Part shown: positions 1 through 9,473 of the stretch, one piece after another
Position numbering within the stretch: position 1 is the first letter of the stretch
Layout of the letters: each line of letters opens with the position of its first letter
Virus record (IMG/VR): IMGVR_UViG_3300045988_182866
Length of the DNA: 64,000 nt
Source of the DNA: a virus
Direction: 5' to 3' (one strand)
Position numbers and translations under genes: made by a program
The notes under the pieces: generated by a model
Database searches by the model: none
Seen by the model: only the letters and a program-made list of their open reading frames with translations
What the model was told of the DNA's origin: nothing

Positions 1-1752
1 TATAAGCAACTTCATGGTAAAAAACTTGCTAAAGGAAATGATTCATTTATTCCGAATGTTTATGATGTTTTAGACCAGGTTGAACCTTCAAAGCTTAGCG
101 CAGATGTTTTAATTGCAGGATTTTCTTGCCAGGCTTTTTCTTTATCTGGTAAACAATATGGCATTTATTCTCGTCAAGTAAAACCTGAAGGATCCAATAA
201 AAAATTTGTCGTCAATATTAAAAGGCATTTAACTGATATTAATGGAGATACTGCAATCACTGTTAATAATGATGAATCTGATCCTTTACCTGAAGGACTT
301 CCCGAAGGAACTAAAGTAACTATTTCTCCAGATTCTGACGGTAAGCTGGCATTTCAAACATTAAAGATTGCCCAAACATTAAAGCCAAAAGTTATTATTC
401 TTGAAAATGTTTCTACTTTTGGCCAGGCTGATATTGAAGATGAAGATGAAGTTCCTTCTGAATTTATTACAGAAGAAAAAGAAATTAAAGTAATTCAATC
501 CAGACTGGGACAATCTGGAAAAGTAGACATATCTGAAGGAGGTTATTTGAGACTCCTTGGAAAGATTTTCAATACTATTGGATATAGTTTTTATCCAATG
601 TACCTTGATCCGACTTCTTATACTAATTCCGTAATTCGTCGTCCACGAATTTATATCGTTGGTATTCGAAATGATATTGAAGCAGGAATTAATCCAAATA
701 AATTAGAAGCTTTTGATGATAAGATGGCAACTAATTTTGGATTGAACACCACTAAATCCGAAAAGGATTATCAAAAGCTTTTGGACAAAACTTTGAACTA
801 CATTATGAGTTCAAAGTATTCTCATGGCTATATGTCCAAAAATCCTCGAGAACTTGTTAAAGGTTTAGTCTCTAAATTTGGCATTAATAGATTTGCAGAA
901 GCTACTGACTATATCTTTAATAAGCTTGTTAAAAATGGAAGTGTTGATCCCAGAAACCTTCAATTAAATCAATTTCAGTATGATTCTAATGTTATTGATA
1001 AAGAATTTAATGATCCTCAGGTTATTAAATTCTTCAAGAAAATCAGAAGCGAACAGCAACCTGTAATTTTGGATGTATCTGAAAAAAGCGATACTGTTGA
1101 TTATCTTTCTACTGTTTTAGCGGAAGGTATTTCTGGTTATTTTGAAGAATATAGCGGTAAATTTACTATTGATAATCCGCAAGGTGAATTAAATTTAGAC
1201 TTTGGAACTAAACCCGCAAAACCAAAGGTTAAGAAAGAAAAACCATTGGTTCAGGGTGAATTGGATCTTGACTATGGGGAAGATCCTTTGGGACAAGTAG
1301 TTCAAGAAGCTTTAGGAAAATATAATAATCAAAAAGTTGATGAAATTGCTATTAAGAAATTTAAAGAAATCATTGCTAAGAAGTTATTGACCCAATTTCT
1401 TTTAAATTCTTATAATAAACGTAATTTAAGTTATATTCCTACAATTCTCAAGAATTCATCTATTCCTATGAAAGTCGGAGGAGTTGGCAATGCAAACTAC
1501 TTTATTCTTCGTAATAAATCCGGACAGTTTAGCTGGGGATATATTCATCCGGCAATTTTGATGAAGTTGATGGGAATGTATTATAATTCAAGTTCCGGAG
1601 ATGATTCAATTTATCAAAGTATAGCAAAAACAAAACTTACAAATGGCCGTCCGATTTCAGTTAATGGAATTATTCGACGAATTGGTAATTCAATGAGTGT
1701 AACAGTTCTTGAAAAATTATTCAAATCGCTAATTTCAATGAAAGCCCTATGA
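1..1752 (+). CDS. DNA (cytosine-5)-methyltransferase, 5'-partial. The frame is open from the window start, and the ORF track begins it only at the first Met (547).
   Basis: Translating frame 1 from position 1 gives ...LIAGFSCQAFSLSGK... (motif IV; Dcm/HhaI have GFPCQPFSLAGK), ...VIILENVSTF... (motif VI, ENV) and ...RRPRIYIVGIRND... (motif VIII, QxRxR). Motif I must lie upstream of the window. There is a long insert between motifs IV and VI and a long C-terminal region. Confidence 0.7.
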   Translation, partial: YKQLHGKKLAKGNDSFIPNVYDVLDQVEPSKLSADVLIAGFSCQAFSLSGKQYGIYSRQVKPEGSNKKFVVNIKRHLTDINGDTAITVNNDESDPLPEGLPEGTKVTISPDSDGKLAFQTLKIAQTLKPKVIILENVSTFGQADIEDEDEVPSEFITEEKEIKVIQSRLGQSGKVDISEGGYLRLLGKIFNTIGYSFYPMYLDPTSYTNSVIRRPRIYIVGIRNDIEAGINPNKLEAFDDKMATNFGLNTTKSEKDYQKLLDKTLNYIMSSKYSHGYMSKNPRELVKGLVSKFGINRFAEATDYIFNKLVKNGSVDPRNLQLNQFQYDSNVIDKEFNDPQVIKFFKKIRSEQQPVILDVSEKSDTVDYLSTVLAEGISGYFEEYSGKFTIDNPQGELNLDFGTKPAKPKVKKEKPLVQGELDLDYGEDPLGQVVQEALGKYNNQKVDEIAIKKFKEIIAKKLLTQFLLNSYNKRNLSYIPTILKNSSIPMKVGGVGNANYFILRNKSGQFSWGYIHPAILMKLMGMYYNSSSGDDSIYQSIAKTKLTNGRPISVNGIIRRIGNSMSVTVLEKLFKSLISMKAL

Positions 1753-1754
1753 TT

Positions 1755-1792
1755 AAAAACCCGAAGGATTTAATCCTTCGGGTTTTTCTTTA
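1755..1792. terminator. Bidirectional rho-independent terminator between convergent genes.
   Basis: Perfect stem aaaacccgaagga/tccttcgggtttt with loop ttta, flanked by A and T runs. It lies between the stop of the + gene (1752) and the stop of the - gene (1790). Confidence 0.55.
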
Positions 1793-3868
1793 TCCAAATA
1801 AAATATTCAAAATAAATTCTGAACAAGTTGTTTCAAGAAGGTTTTCTTCATTCTCTTCCTGTCCCCTTTGCCTTCGCCATTCAAGGGCATCATAAATCAT
1901 GCCTGTTTCCGGATCATATTCCAAAAATCTTCCTGAAGTTGAATCTTTCCAAAGATAATGCCCATTATTCAGGCGTTTACTCTTTTTGGGAGGAATAAAT
2001 CCATCGGGAGCCTTCTTGGGATATTTTTCTTTTTTAGTTGTTTTTTGTTTAGCTTTTCTTTGTTTTTTAGAAGAATCGCTTAAACGCTTTGTATCTTGAG
2101 ATGCTTGAGATTGTTTTTCTGAAGAATAATCTTCTCCGTCAGTAGCTCTGGCATCTTCTCCCTCAAATTCAGTTCCTTGATTTGGACTTTCAGGTTGAGG
2201 CGGAGGAGTTCCTCCTTCAGTTTTACCAAAAGAATCCCCCTCACCTTTATTTTCAGAAGATGTATTGTTCTTTTCAGAAGTTTTATCATTTTGAGTTCCA
2301 TAATTATTAAACTTCCGGAAAGCAGCAAAAATATTAGGATTTTCTCCACCTTTATTGCTATCTATCCATCTTTTAATTTGACTGTCTACAGGTCCTTCAG
2401 TGGCGATTGTACTTCCATTAACTGCTCGGTATTTCTTAAATCCAAATTGAGGATTACTGGAAAAATTACCTTGTTCATCCACCGAAGAAAGTTCAGAATT
2501 GGTTAATAATTCTTCAATATAATTGATAACTTTTTCACCAAGGAATTCAGTGAAAATAGATTTTTCAAAAGCTTCTGCGATAGGAGTAACTTTTCTGGAA
2601 CCTTTAACACCACTGACTAAAACAAATTCAGTTAAAATACCTTTAGACTTAAGTCCATCAACTAACATTCTTCCCAGACGTTTAGTAGTATCAGAATAAA
2701 AATCAGATTTAATATCTGACATTATTTTGTTAAAATCAGTTTCAGCCTGAGGATAATTATCTTTAAGAAAATCTTTAAAAGCCTCTTTCTGATTATTGTC
2801 AAAAAGAACAAGGTAAAGAATAGGCTTATTAACAGAAGCCTGTTCTCTTTGAGTCTTTTCAAATGTTGTTTCTTCTTTAATCAAATTAAAAGAATTTTCT
2901 TGATATGAAGAATTAACAATTTCTGTACTGTCGGATTGTTGCTGTTCTGGATTTTGTTCTTGATTTTGATCCTTCGACTGACCTTGTGAATTATTCTGTT
3001 TATTGCCTATTTGCTTATTTTCATAGGTATAACCAATATAATCAAGAATTTTATAAACTTGAGGATCTTTAACAAATGGGCTAATCGGTTGTCCAGATGC
3101 CATGAATTTATCATTCAAATATTTGAAGATAAGATATTTGTCATCTTTTTGGTAATCTTGAATTTCTTTTTTAGCATCAGCCAAATTCTTTTTAAGAGTA
3201 TCAATACCTTGCCCTATACTCAAATCAGTATTTCCAAGAGTTTTATAAATGTTATAAGCTCCCCGAATCCCGCCTTTAGCAGCTTGGTAAGCTTTGCCGG
3301 CAGTGGATGTTGCTCCAGACGGATTAGTTTTTAATGATTTAGGAAGAAAATTATTTCCGCCATGCATTGCAGTTGATGTATCTTCTTCCTTCAGAGTATA
3401 ATCAACTTCAATCTTCTTATCAGAAATATTATCTTTTGAAATATCGATTAAAGCATCAAGTTCATTTTTAAGAAACTCTTGTCCTAATAAAACTTTATTT
3501 TTATTATTGGACCTGTTACCAACCGTAAAAGGAACATTTAAAAATTCATCAGTGGCAAACTTAACATCAAATAATACTACAGGACGATCTTCAGTTTGGC
3601 CGGCTCCAATATTAATTGTAATAGTGTCCTGAACTTTTTTAGAAACCCTGTGATCTTTACCATTCTCATCATAGGTAGTAAAAACTACAACATCGCCTTG
3701 ATAATAAAAATCTTCGCCATGAATTACATTAAAGGCTCCATTACCGCTATCGACTTTGGCTAAAATATCTCCAACTCCCTTAATAAAAATAGGTTCTTCA
3801 ACTCCAACTACTAATTTTTCCAGCCAAAGTTGATAATTTCTTTTTCTCAAATAGTTTAAAGCTTTCAT
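1790..3868 (-). CDS. Hypothetical 692-aa protein with long low-complexity Q/N/E/S- and K-rich segments. It may be an internal or ejected virion protein.
   Basis: Long ORF with Q/N-rich (NNSQGQSKDQNQEQNPEQQQSD) and K-rich (KKQRKAKQKTTKKEKYPKK) tracts. The N-terminal AKVDSGNGAFNVI weakly resembles a retropepsin-like hhDSG motif. No confident family assignment. Confidence 0.45.
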   Translation of the reverse strand: MKALNYLRKRNYQLWLEKLVVGVEEPIFIKGVGDILAKVDSGNGAFNVIHGEDFYYQGDVVVFTTYDENGKDHRVSKKVQDTITINIGAGQTEDRPVVLFDVKFATDEFLNVPFTVGNRSNNKNKVLLGQEFLKNELDALIDISKDNISDKKIEVDYTLKEEDTSTAMHGGNNFLPKSLKTNPSGATSTAGKAYQAAKGGIRGAYNIYKTLGNTDLSIGQGIDTLKKNLADAKKEIQDYQKDDKYLIFKYLNDKFMASGQPISPFVKDPQVYKILDYIGYTYENKQIGNKQNNSQGQSKDQNQEQNPEQQQSDSTEIVNSSYQENSFNLIKEETTFEKTQREQASVNKPILYLVLFDNNQKEAFKDFLKDNYPQAETDFNKIMSDIKSDFYSDTTKRLGRMLVDGLKSKGILTEFVLVSGVKGSRKVTPIAEAFEKSIFTEFLGEKVINYIEELLTNSELSSVDEQGNFSSNPQFGFKKYRAVNGSTIATEGPVDSQIKRWIDSNKGGENPNIFAAFRKFNNYGTQNDKTSEKNNTSSENKGEGDSFGKTEGGTPPPQPESPNQGTEFEGEDARATDGEDYSSEKQSQASQDTKRLSDSSKKQRKAKQKTTKKEKYPKKAPDGFIPPKKSKRLNNGHYLWKDSTSGRFLEYDPETGMIYDALEWRRQRGQEENEENLLETTCSEFILNILFG

Positions 3869-3869
3869 A

Positions 3870-4268
3870 TTAATTTAAAGGAATGGAAATAATTTGCGGG
3901 ATAGTCACTCGTTTATTTCCAACATTTATAGTTTGCTGAAGATTAATCCCAGAGTTTAACTGGGTAATATAATCTTCCAGAGATAAAGAGATAGCAGTTA
4001 AATCAGCAGTCAATAAAGATCGAAGATAGGATAATTGAGGAGAATCAATTTCATTAGAGCAATTTTGAGAAATAATATCCAACTTACCTTTAATAGAACA
4101 AATCAAATCCTGCAAGCTTTGCTGAGATTCCAATGCTCCTGTCGGCGGTTGCCCTATAGTTGGTTTTTCAACCTCCCAATTAAACGTATTCGACTGATTA
4201 TAGCTTTCTTCAAAGATCCCTTCAGAAATATCTTTTAAAATCTCTAAATTTTCTTCGTCAAGAAACAT
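3870..4268 (-). CDS. Hypothetical protein, 132 aa.
   Basis: ORF packed 1 nt after the upstream minus-strand gene; no recognisable motif. Confidence 0.4.
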   Translation of the reverse strand: MFLDEENLEILKDISEGIFEESYNQSNTFNWEVEKPTIGQPPTGALESQQSLQDLICSIKGKLDIISQNCSNEIDSPQLSYLRSLLTADLTAISLSLEDYITQLNSGINLQQTINVGNKRVTIPQIISIPLN

Positions 4269-4317
4269 ATTTTGTATTTAAAGACAATTCTCGTGATATA
4301 ATGACTTTATAAAAGTT

Positions 4318-5055
4318 ATGAAAATTGCCGTTTCAGGAACAAGTTGCTCAGGTAAATCTACATTAATTCGTGAATTTATTAATACCTTTAAGATGTATAA
4401 AACCCCGGCCAAAACTTACAGAGATAGGTTAAAAGCCGAAAAGATAAATCATTCAAGTAAAACCTGCGAAGAAACGCAAAAGTTTATCTTGGATTATATG
4501 ATTGATCAATTGACAGAACTTAAGGATGAAAAGTATATCATTTATGATCGTTGTCCTCTCGACGTTCTTGTTTATACTGTTTTAGCAGCTGAAGCAAATC
4601 AGGTTAGTGAAGAATTTTTGGTCGAGACTATTCAAAGGGTTCGAGATTCTCTTAGTTTATTAGATGTAATCTTTATTTGTCCCTTTGATGATAAGATCAA
4701 AATCATAGATAATGGCACCCGAGATACTGACATCAATTATATTAAGAAAGTTGATTCTGTCTTTCAAAATTTAATGCAGCAGTATTATACTGATTTTGAA
4801 GCTGACGTTTTCTTCCCTGTTAAAGATTGCCCTGGTATTATTAATCTTGAAAATCTTAATAACCGTTTAGGAGACATTAAAATTATTATTAATCCAAATG
4901 GAGACCTTTATTCTGCTGAAGATGATAAGAATCTTCAGGCTTACTATCTCGGTGGGAATCAGGTTTCTAAAGCTGACAAGACTCGAGGAATGATGGAATC
5001 CTTGATTGAACGTCAGGAATTTTTGCTTCCTCGTACTGAAATTGAAGGATTATGA
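4318..5055 (+). CDS. P-loop NTPase, putative (deoxy)nucleotide kinase.
   Basis: N-terminal Walker A (KIAVSGTSCSGKSTL) and a later IIYDRCPLDV (DR motif of dNK/dNMP-kinase-like enzymes). The size (245 aa) fits a small kinase. Confidence 0.45.
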   Translation: MKIAVSGTSCSGKSTLIREFINTFKMYKTPAKTYRDRLKAEKINHSSKTCEETQKFILDYMIDQLTELKDEKYIIYDRCPLDVLVYTVLAAEANQVSEEFLVETIQRVRDSLSLLDVIFICPFDDKIKIIDNGTRDTDINYIKKVDSVFQNLMQQYYTDFEADVFFPVKDCPGIINLENLNNRLGDIKIIINPNGDLYSAEDDKNLQAYYLGGNQVSKADKTRGMMESLIERQEFLLPRTEIEGL

Positions 5056-5493
5056 TTTAAGAGGAAGCGGATCTAACGGAATAGTAACTCCTGTTGGAAG
5101 ATTGGGGAAAGATGCAGGGTTAAGATTGATAATTTCAATTAACGTATTAATACCAGTTACAACCTCATTATAATTTGAAATATCATTCAAGTTTAACTGG
5201 TTAACTGCATCTGACAAGTTATTCTGGTCTGAAGAAAGATTATTAACAACAATGGTAGAAGTTCCGATTTTATCGATTTGGTCAGAAGAAGCAGAATAAG
5301 AATTCCACATTTCATTAAACTGAGAGCCGAAAGAAACATTGTCAAGTGTAATGATAAAAGATGCAAAATCAAGTAAAGTAGTTGTACCTTCAGCTGTTTG
5401 GACTAAAAATTTATCTCCATCTCGAATATCTTGAATTAAAGACAAATCATTTATGCTTGCCCAAACTTTATTTCCATCTTTCTGAATAGCCAT
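5050..5493 (-). CDS. Hypothetical protein, 147 aa.
   Basis: ORF only; N/S-rich; no motif. Confidence 0.4.
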   Translation of the reverse strand: MAIQKDGNKVWASINDLSLIQDIRDGDKFLVQTAEGTTTLLDFASFIITLDNVSFGSQFNEMWNSYSASSDQIDKIGTSTIVVNNLSSDQNNLSDAVNQLNLNDISNYNEVVTGINTLIEIINLNPASFPNLPTGVTIPLDPLPLKS

Positions 5494-5550
5494 GATTATT
5501 AATATTTAATGGCACCTTCTAATTTTAAGAAATAGATTAAATTAATAAAA

Positions 5551-5949
5551 ATGGATTTTCGCACTGAATTTTTTCCTTTGTTAAACAAAGCATTATATAA
5601 AACTGAAACAGATGTCTCGGAACATATTGTTTCTAATTCGGATATGTTTTTGTTTAATCGTTATACTTCATTTTATAATCCCGGATTAGTAGGAATTATA
5701 AATGAAACAATGAATAAATTTGGTAAAAGCCTTTATTTCGATAATTCAGGACCTTATCTTTACCAAGTTCTTAAATCAATCTTTCCAACCTTGAATAAAG
5801 GAAGAATTAATTATATTTCTAAAAAGAAGTCAGAATTAGTAAAAGGAGCAGATAATTTTGTTAAGAAATATTCTCGAAAATATAATATATCTGAAAGAGA
5901 AGTTTGGGGAATGTTATTCCTAGTAGAAAAAATAAACGAAAAATATTAA
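5551..5949 (+). CDS. Hypothetical protein, 132 aa.
   Basis: ORF with an upstream AT-rich intergenic region; no motif. Confidence 0.4.
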   Translation: MDFRTEFFPLLNKALYKTETDVSEHIVSNSDMFLFNRYTSFYNPGLVGIINETMNKFGKSLYFDNSGPYLYQVLKSIFPTLNKGRINYISKKKSELVKGADNFVKKYSRKYNISEREVWGMLFLVEKINEKY

Positions 5950-5953
5950 AACC

Positions 5954-6364
5954 ATGGTTAAAGACGTAGATGATTATTATAAGATTCCTGAATTTGTTAT
6001 TGACCTTAACAAGCAGGAATATAAGGGAGATATGGGTCTTCAAGATTATTGTTTAGACTGGGTATCTTATGATACCATTCTGCTTGATATGATTGACCTT
6101 GAAGAAGGATTTAAGAAAGTAGGTCAGTTTTTAACTGCAACTAATTCCGATATTAAAGCCTGGCGAAAAGGACAAGTTAAAATGATTGGTCCTCGAGTAA
6201 AAGATTATAAGGTTGGTGATATTGTAATTTTCCCGGGAATTCATGGTCTTGAATCTGGAGGTCTTTATATTACCAATGAATCGGGTGAACGAGAATATGT
6301 TAAGCATGGACATTTCCTTAGCGAAGGACGTATTTTCGGTAAAGTACATAATATTGAAGAATAA
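5954..6364 (+). CDS. Hypothetical protein, 136 aa.
   Basis: ORF whose stop overlaps the next start (taATGg); no motif. Confidence 0.4.
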   Translation: MVKDVDDYYKIPEFVIDLNKQEYKGDMGLQDYCLDWVSYDTILLDMIDLEEGFKKVGQFLTATNSDIKAWRKGQVKMIGPRVKDYKVGDIVIFPGIHGLESGGLYITNESGEREYVKHGHFLSEGRIFGKVHNIEE

Positions 6365-6723
6365 TGGATAGAAACAGATTAGAAAATCTCTTATTTGACA
6401 ATATTTTGATTATTAGTTTTTTTCGACGGACTTACCCTGTTGGGAGAGTCCGTCGAATGATTTGTACCAAGTCGGATATTTTAACTTCTTTTCAAGGACG
6501 AGTAAATTTAAATTATCGACCGCCGAAGCATTCACCAACAATAAACCAGAAAGAACATAATATTGTTATAGTTTGGGATATTCTTTGTCAAGATTATCGT
6601 TGGATACCTTGTGAAAGTGTTAACATTATTGAAGTAATTCCTAAAAATGAATTTTGGAATTATTATAATAATGCTTTACTTCCGATGAGTAAGAGAGATA
6701 AGATTGCATTTATGAATGGTTAA
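6364..6723 (+). CDS. Hypothetical protein. The real start may be the in-frame ATG at 6457, just downstream of a strong hairpin.
   Basis: The ORF track starts at 6364, but a 10-bp GC stem (6423-6456) lies in the first 90 nt and ends exactly at the in-frame ATG at 6457 (MICTKSDIL...). Confidence 0.35.
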   Translation: MDRNRLENLLFDNILIISFFRRTYPVGRVRRMICTKSDILTSFQGRVNLNYRPPKHSPTINQKEHNIVIVWDILCQDYRWIPCESVNIIEVIPKNEFWNYYNNALLPMSKRDKIAFMNG

Positions 6724-6725
6724 TC

Positions 6726-7064
6726 ATGGAATTTGTAGAAATAGAAAAATTATTTGATAACTTTTTGCTTTATGATATTAACATTTATCATGATGATAAG
6801 CTTTTTAAAACAGGAAAGCTAAAAATGGTAACAGTTAAAAATCATTATATTAAATTTTTTATTGAAAGTGCTGGAAGTATTAAAGTATTAGAGTTATTTT
6901 ATCCATTTAGTTTTAAACAAACTGATAATAAGATTATCTTTGATTATAAAGTTGATACAGTCACCAGGGGGAATAAGCTTCTTAATCTAAAAATAGCAAA
7001 TTATAAAGAAGAGATTTCTTCTAAGTTTTTGAATAGTACAGTAACTTTTGAAATTAAAGGATAA
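6726..7064 (+). CDS. Hypothetical protein, 112 aa.
   Basis: ORF only. Confidence 0.4.
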   Translation: MEFVEIEKLFDNFLLYDINIYHDDKLFKTGKLKMVTVKNHYIKFFIESAGSIKVLELFYPFSFKQTDNKIIFDYKVDTVTRGNKLLNLKIANYKEEISSKFLNSTVTFEIKG

Positions 7065-8683
7065 TGGATTTTAAAAAATACTTTCCTTCTCAATATAAGC
7101 CTAATAAAAATCAGGAATATATTCTTGAAGAATTGAATAAAGCCTGGAATCTAGGAAAGAAATATATTATTATCAATGCTCCGACAGGTTCAGGTAAAAG
7201 TATAATTTCTAAAACAATTGCACAGTCTGCTCCCGATATTTCTGCAACTTATCGAGATTTTGTAGATTCGGGGGCAATTTATGATATAGAAGAGGATGAT
7301 GTTCCAGATTCCCTTAAAGAAGGAACAGCTATTTTAACTGTTACCAAATCTCTTCAGGATCAATATAAAAAATTGTTTCCTGAAGATACTATGCTAAAAG
7401 GGAAATCAAACTATCCTTGTTCCATGGTTCCAACTCTTTCATCTGATTTGGGACCTTGTGTTTTTGAACCTGAGCAAAAGGAACTCTGCATTTCTTGTGG
7501 ACAATGTGAATATTTCTTAAAAAGAGATGAGGCATTAAAGCATAAATGTTCTTTTTATTCTTATTCAATGTTTATGAGTCTTCCTCCGGCTTGCAGGGCT
7601 AAAAGGAATATTATTGCTGATGAATGTGCAGAATTAGAAGATTTATTGGTTCAATCTTATACAGTTCCTTTTAATTTTAAGATTTTGAAAAAGCTTAATA
7701 TTGAGATTCCTCCTACGCCAACTCAAGGTTCTAATTATGAAAAATATATTCTTTGGCTGAGGAGTGCGAAAGCTTCAATTTATTCTACTCTCGTAGAAAA
7801 AAGAAAAGAAATGAGAGGCAAGGACCTTAAGAAAATGAGTAAAGAAAAGAAACTTGTTTTCCGAGCCATTAATATTTTTAATGATTCTTGCGACAAGGTA
7901 CTTGACATTATCGATAATAATGAATTTATTATTGAACATAATAAAGAAGAGTTAATTTTTAAACCTTTTAAGGTTGATAAAATTGCCCAACGATTGTTTA
8001 AGCATTGTGATCTAGTGGTTCTTATGTCAGCTACTATTATTGATTATAAGAACTTTGCCAAGCAATTGGGAATTAAGGAGGACGAGTATTATTATATTGA
8101 ATCGGCATCTACATTTGATCCTAAGAAAGCCCCAATTCATTTATCTAATTTTCTTTCTGTTTCTTATTCAAACAAAGCTTTAGTAATTCCCCAACTTTGC
8201 AAGATTGCTAAACAGATTTGTGAAAATTATAAAGGAAAGAAAGGTATTATTCATACTCATACCTTTGAAATTACCGAAGCATTTAAAAAGGCAGTAGGCA
8301 ATAATCCCCGTTTTCTTTTTAGAGAACCAGGAAAAACTAATGAATTTCTAATTAATGAACATATTGAACGAAATGATGATACAATTCTTGTGTCTCCGTC
8401 AATGACTCATGGTGTTGACCTTTGTGGTGCCTTGGGAGAGTTTGCCGTTATTTTAAAAGCTCCATTTCTGCCATTGGGCGATGAACGAGTTAAACGATTA
8501 GCGCAAGATGATAAAGAATGGTACACTAATAAAATGCTAGGCGCTTGTATTCAAATGTGCGGGCGCACTATTAGAAATGCTTCTGACGAGGCAGTAACTT
8601 ATATTTTAGATGGAACATTAACTAAAAGCCTAATTCAAAATAAAGATAAACTTCCAAAATATTTCCTAGAAAGATTTGTATAA
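7064..8683 (+). CDS. SF2 helicase, Rad3/XPD/DinG-like, with a putative Fe-S cluster domain.
   Basis: Walker A (NAPTGSGKS); a Cys cluster (YPCS...GPCV...CISCGQCEY) between Walker A and Walker B, as in XPD/DinG Fe-S domains; DEAH-like box IIADECAE; motif III VLMSATI; motif VI QMCGRTIRNASD. Confidence 0.55.
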   Translation: MDFKKYFPSQYKPNKNQEYILEELNKAWNLGKKYIIINAPTGSGKSIISKTIAQSAPDISATYRDFVDSGAIYDIEEDDVPDSLKEGTAILTVTKSLQDQYKKLFPEDTMLKGKSNYPCSMVPTLSSDLGPCVFEPEQKELCISCGQCEYFLKRDEALKHKCSFYSYSMFMSLPPACRAKRNIIADECAELEDLLVQSYTVPFNFKILKKLNIEIPPTPTQGSNYEKYILWLRSAKASIYSTLVEKRKEMRGKDLKKMSKEKKLVFRAINIFNDSCDKVLDIIDNNEFIIEHNKEELIFKPFKVDKIAQRLFKHCDLVVLMSATIIDYKNFAKQLGIKEDEYYYIESASTFDPKKAPIHLSNFLSVSYSNKALVIPQLCKIAKQICENYKGKKGIIHTHTFEITEAFKKAVGNNPRFLFREPGKTNEFLINEHIERNDDTILVSPSMTHGVDLCGALGEFAVILKAPFLPLGDERVKRLAQDDKEWYTNKMLGACIQMCGRTIRNASDEAVTYILDGTLTKSLIQNKDKLPKYFLERFV

Positions 8684-8685
8684 AA

Positions 8686-8937
8686 ATGAAAAGAGATTAT
8701 AACGAAAAATGTTTAGAAGCGTTGGAATTGGTCTATACAAAGTATGGAATTGATATGAATAACGCACCGGCTGAAAAGATGATTGATGCAATTACTTCTG
8801 AATTGGGTTGTTCAATAGGTTATCATATCATGTCTACTAAAGATGCGAAGCCAATTGATGAAAAAGAATTAGTACTTAATGCTCTAGAAGATGATTATCT
8901 CAATGAAATTGGATTGAAGAATATTCTTTTAGCCTAA
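8686..8937 (+). CDS. Hypothetical protein, 83 aa.
   Basis: ORF only; its stop overlaps the next start. Confidence 0.35.
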   Translation: MKRDYNEKCLEALELVYTKYGIDMNNAPAEKMIDAITSELGCSIGYHIMSTKDAKPIDEKELVLNALEDDYLNEIGLKNILLA

Positions 8938-9464
8938 TGAAGATCTTTTACACTGGAGTTGGGAATAGAGATACTCCTCATGAGTATCTTGAAAAGATGA
9001 CAGCCCTGGCTTCTTTATTAGAAAAAGAAGGCTGTATTCTCAGAAGCGGAGGAGCGGAAGGAGCTGATACCGCTTTTGAAAATGGTGTAAGATCTCTTTA
9101 CAATAAAGAGATTTATCTTCCATGGACTTTTTTCAATAATAAAGTCCATGGATATGTTACACCTTTAGATTTAATAAATTGTATTGATGAAATTCTTAGT
9201 AGAGTTCATCCCAATTTCAGTAATCTTCGAGAAAGCACATTAAAGCTTCATCGAAGAAATGTTCTTCAGATTTTAGGGCAGGATTTAGTGACTCCTTCTC
9301 ATTTTGTTTTATGTTATACCCGGGACGGAGCTGAAACTTTTACTTCTTTTGAAACTGGAGGAACTGGAACTGTTATAAGATTGGCAAATCATTATAATAT
9401 ACCTGTTTTTAATTTAAGAAATAAAAACTGGGCTGATCGATTTAAAGAATTTATGAAAGGCTAG
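8937..9464 (+). CDS. DprA/Smf-like (SLOG superfamily) Rossmann-fold protein.
   Basis: YTGVGNRDTP...LRSGGAEGADTAF matches the DprA/SLOG glycine-rich motifs GSR and SGxAxGxD. Confidence 0.4.
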   Translation: MKIFYTGVGNRDTPHEYLEKMTALASLLEKEGCILRSGGAEGADTAFENGVRSLYNKEIYLPWTFFNNKVHGYVTPLDLINCIDEILSRVHPNFSNLRESTLKLHRRNVLQILGQDLVTPSHFVLCYTRDGAETFTSFETGGTGTVIRLANHYNIPVFNLRNKNWADRFKEFMKG

Positions 9465-9473
9465 TCATTAAAG

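Noticed and set aside
2080-3334. Overlapping small ORFs 2080-2349 (-), 2177-2506 (+) and 3011-3334 (+) inside the 692-aa gene.
   Set aside because: They are out-of-frame or antisense overlaps of a long gene whose codon usage is coherent, and they translate to low-complexity hydrophobic junk.
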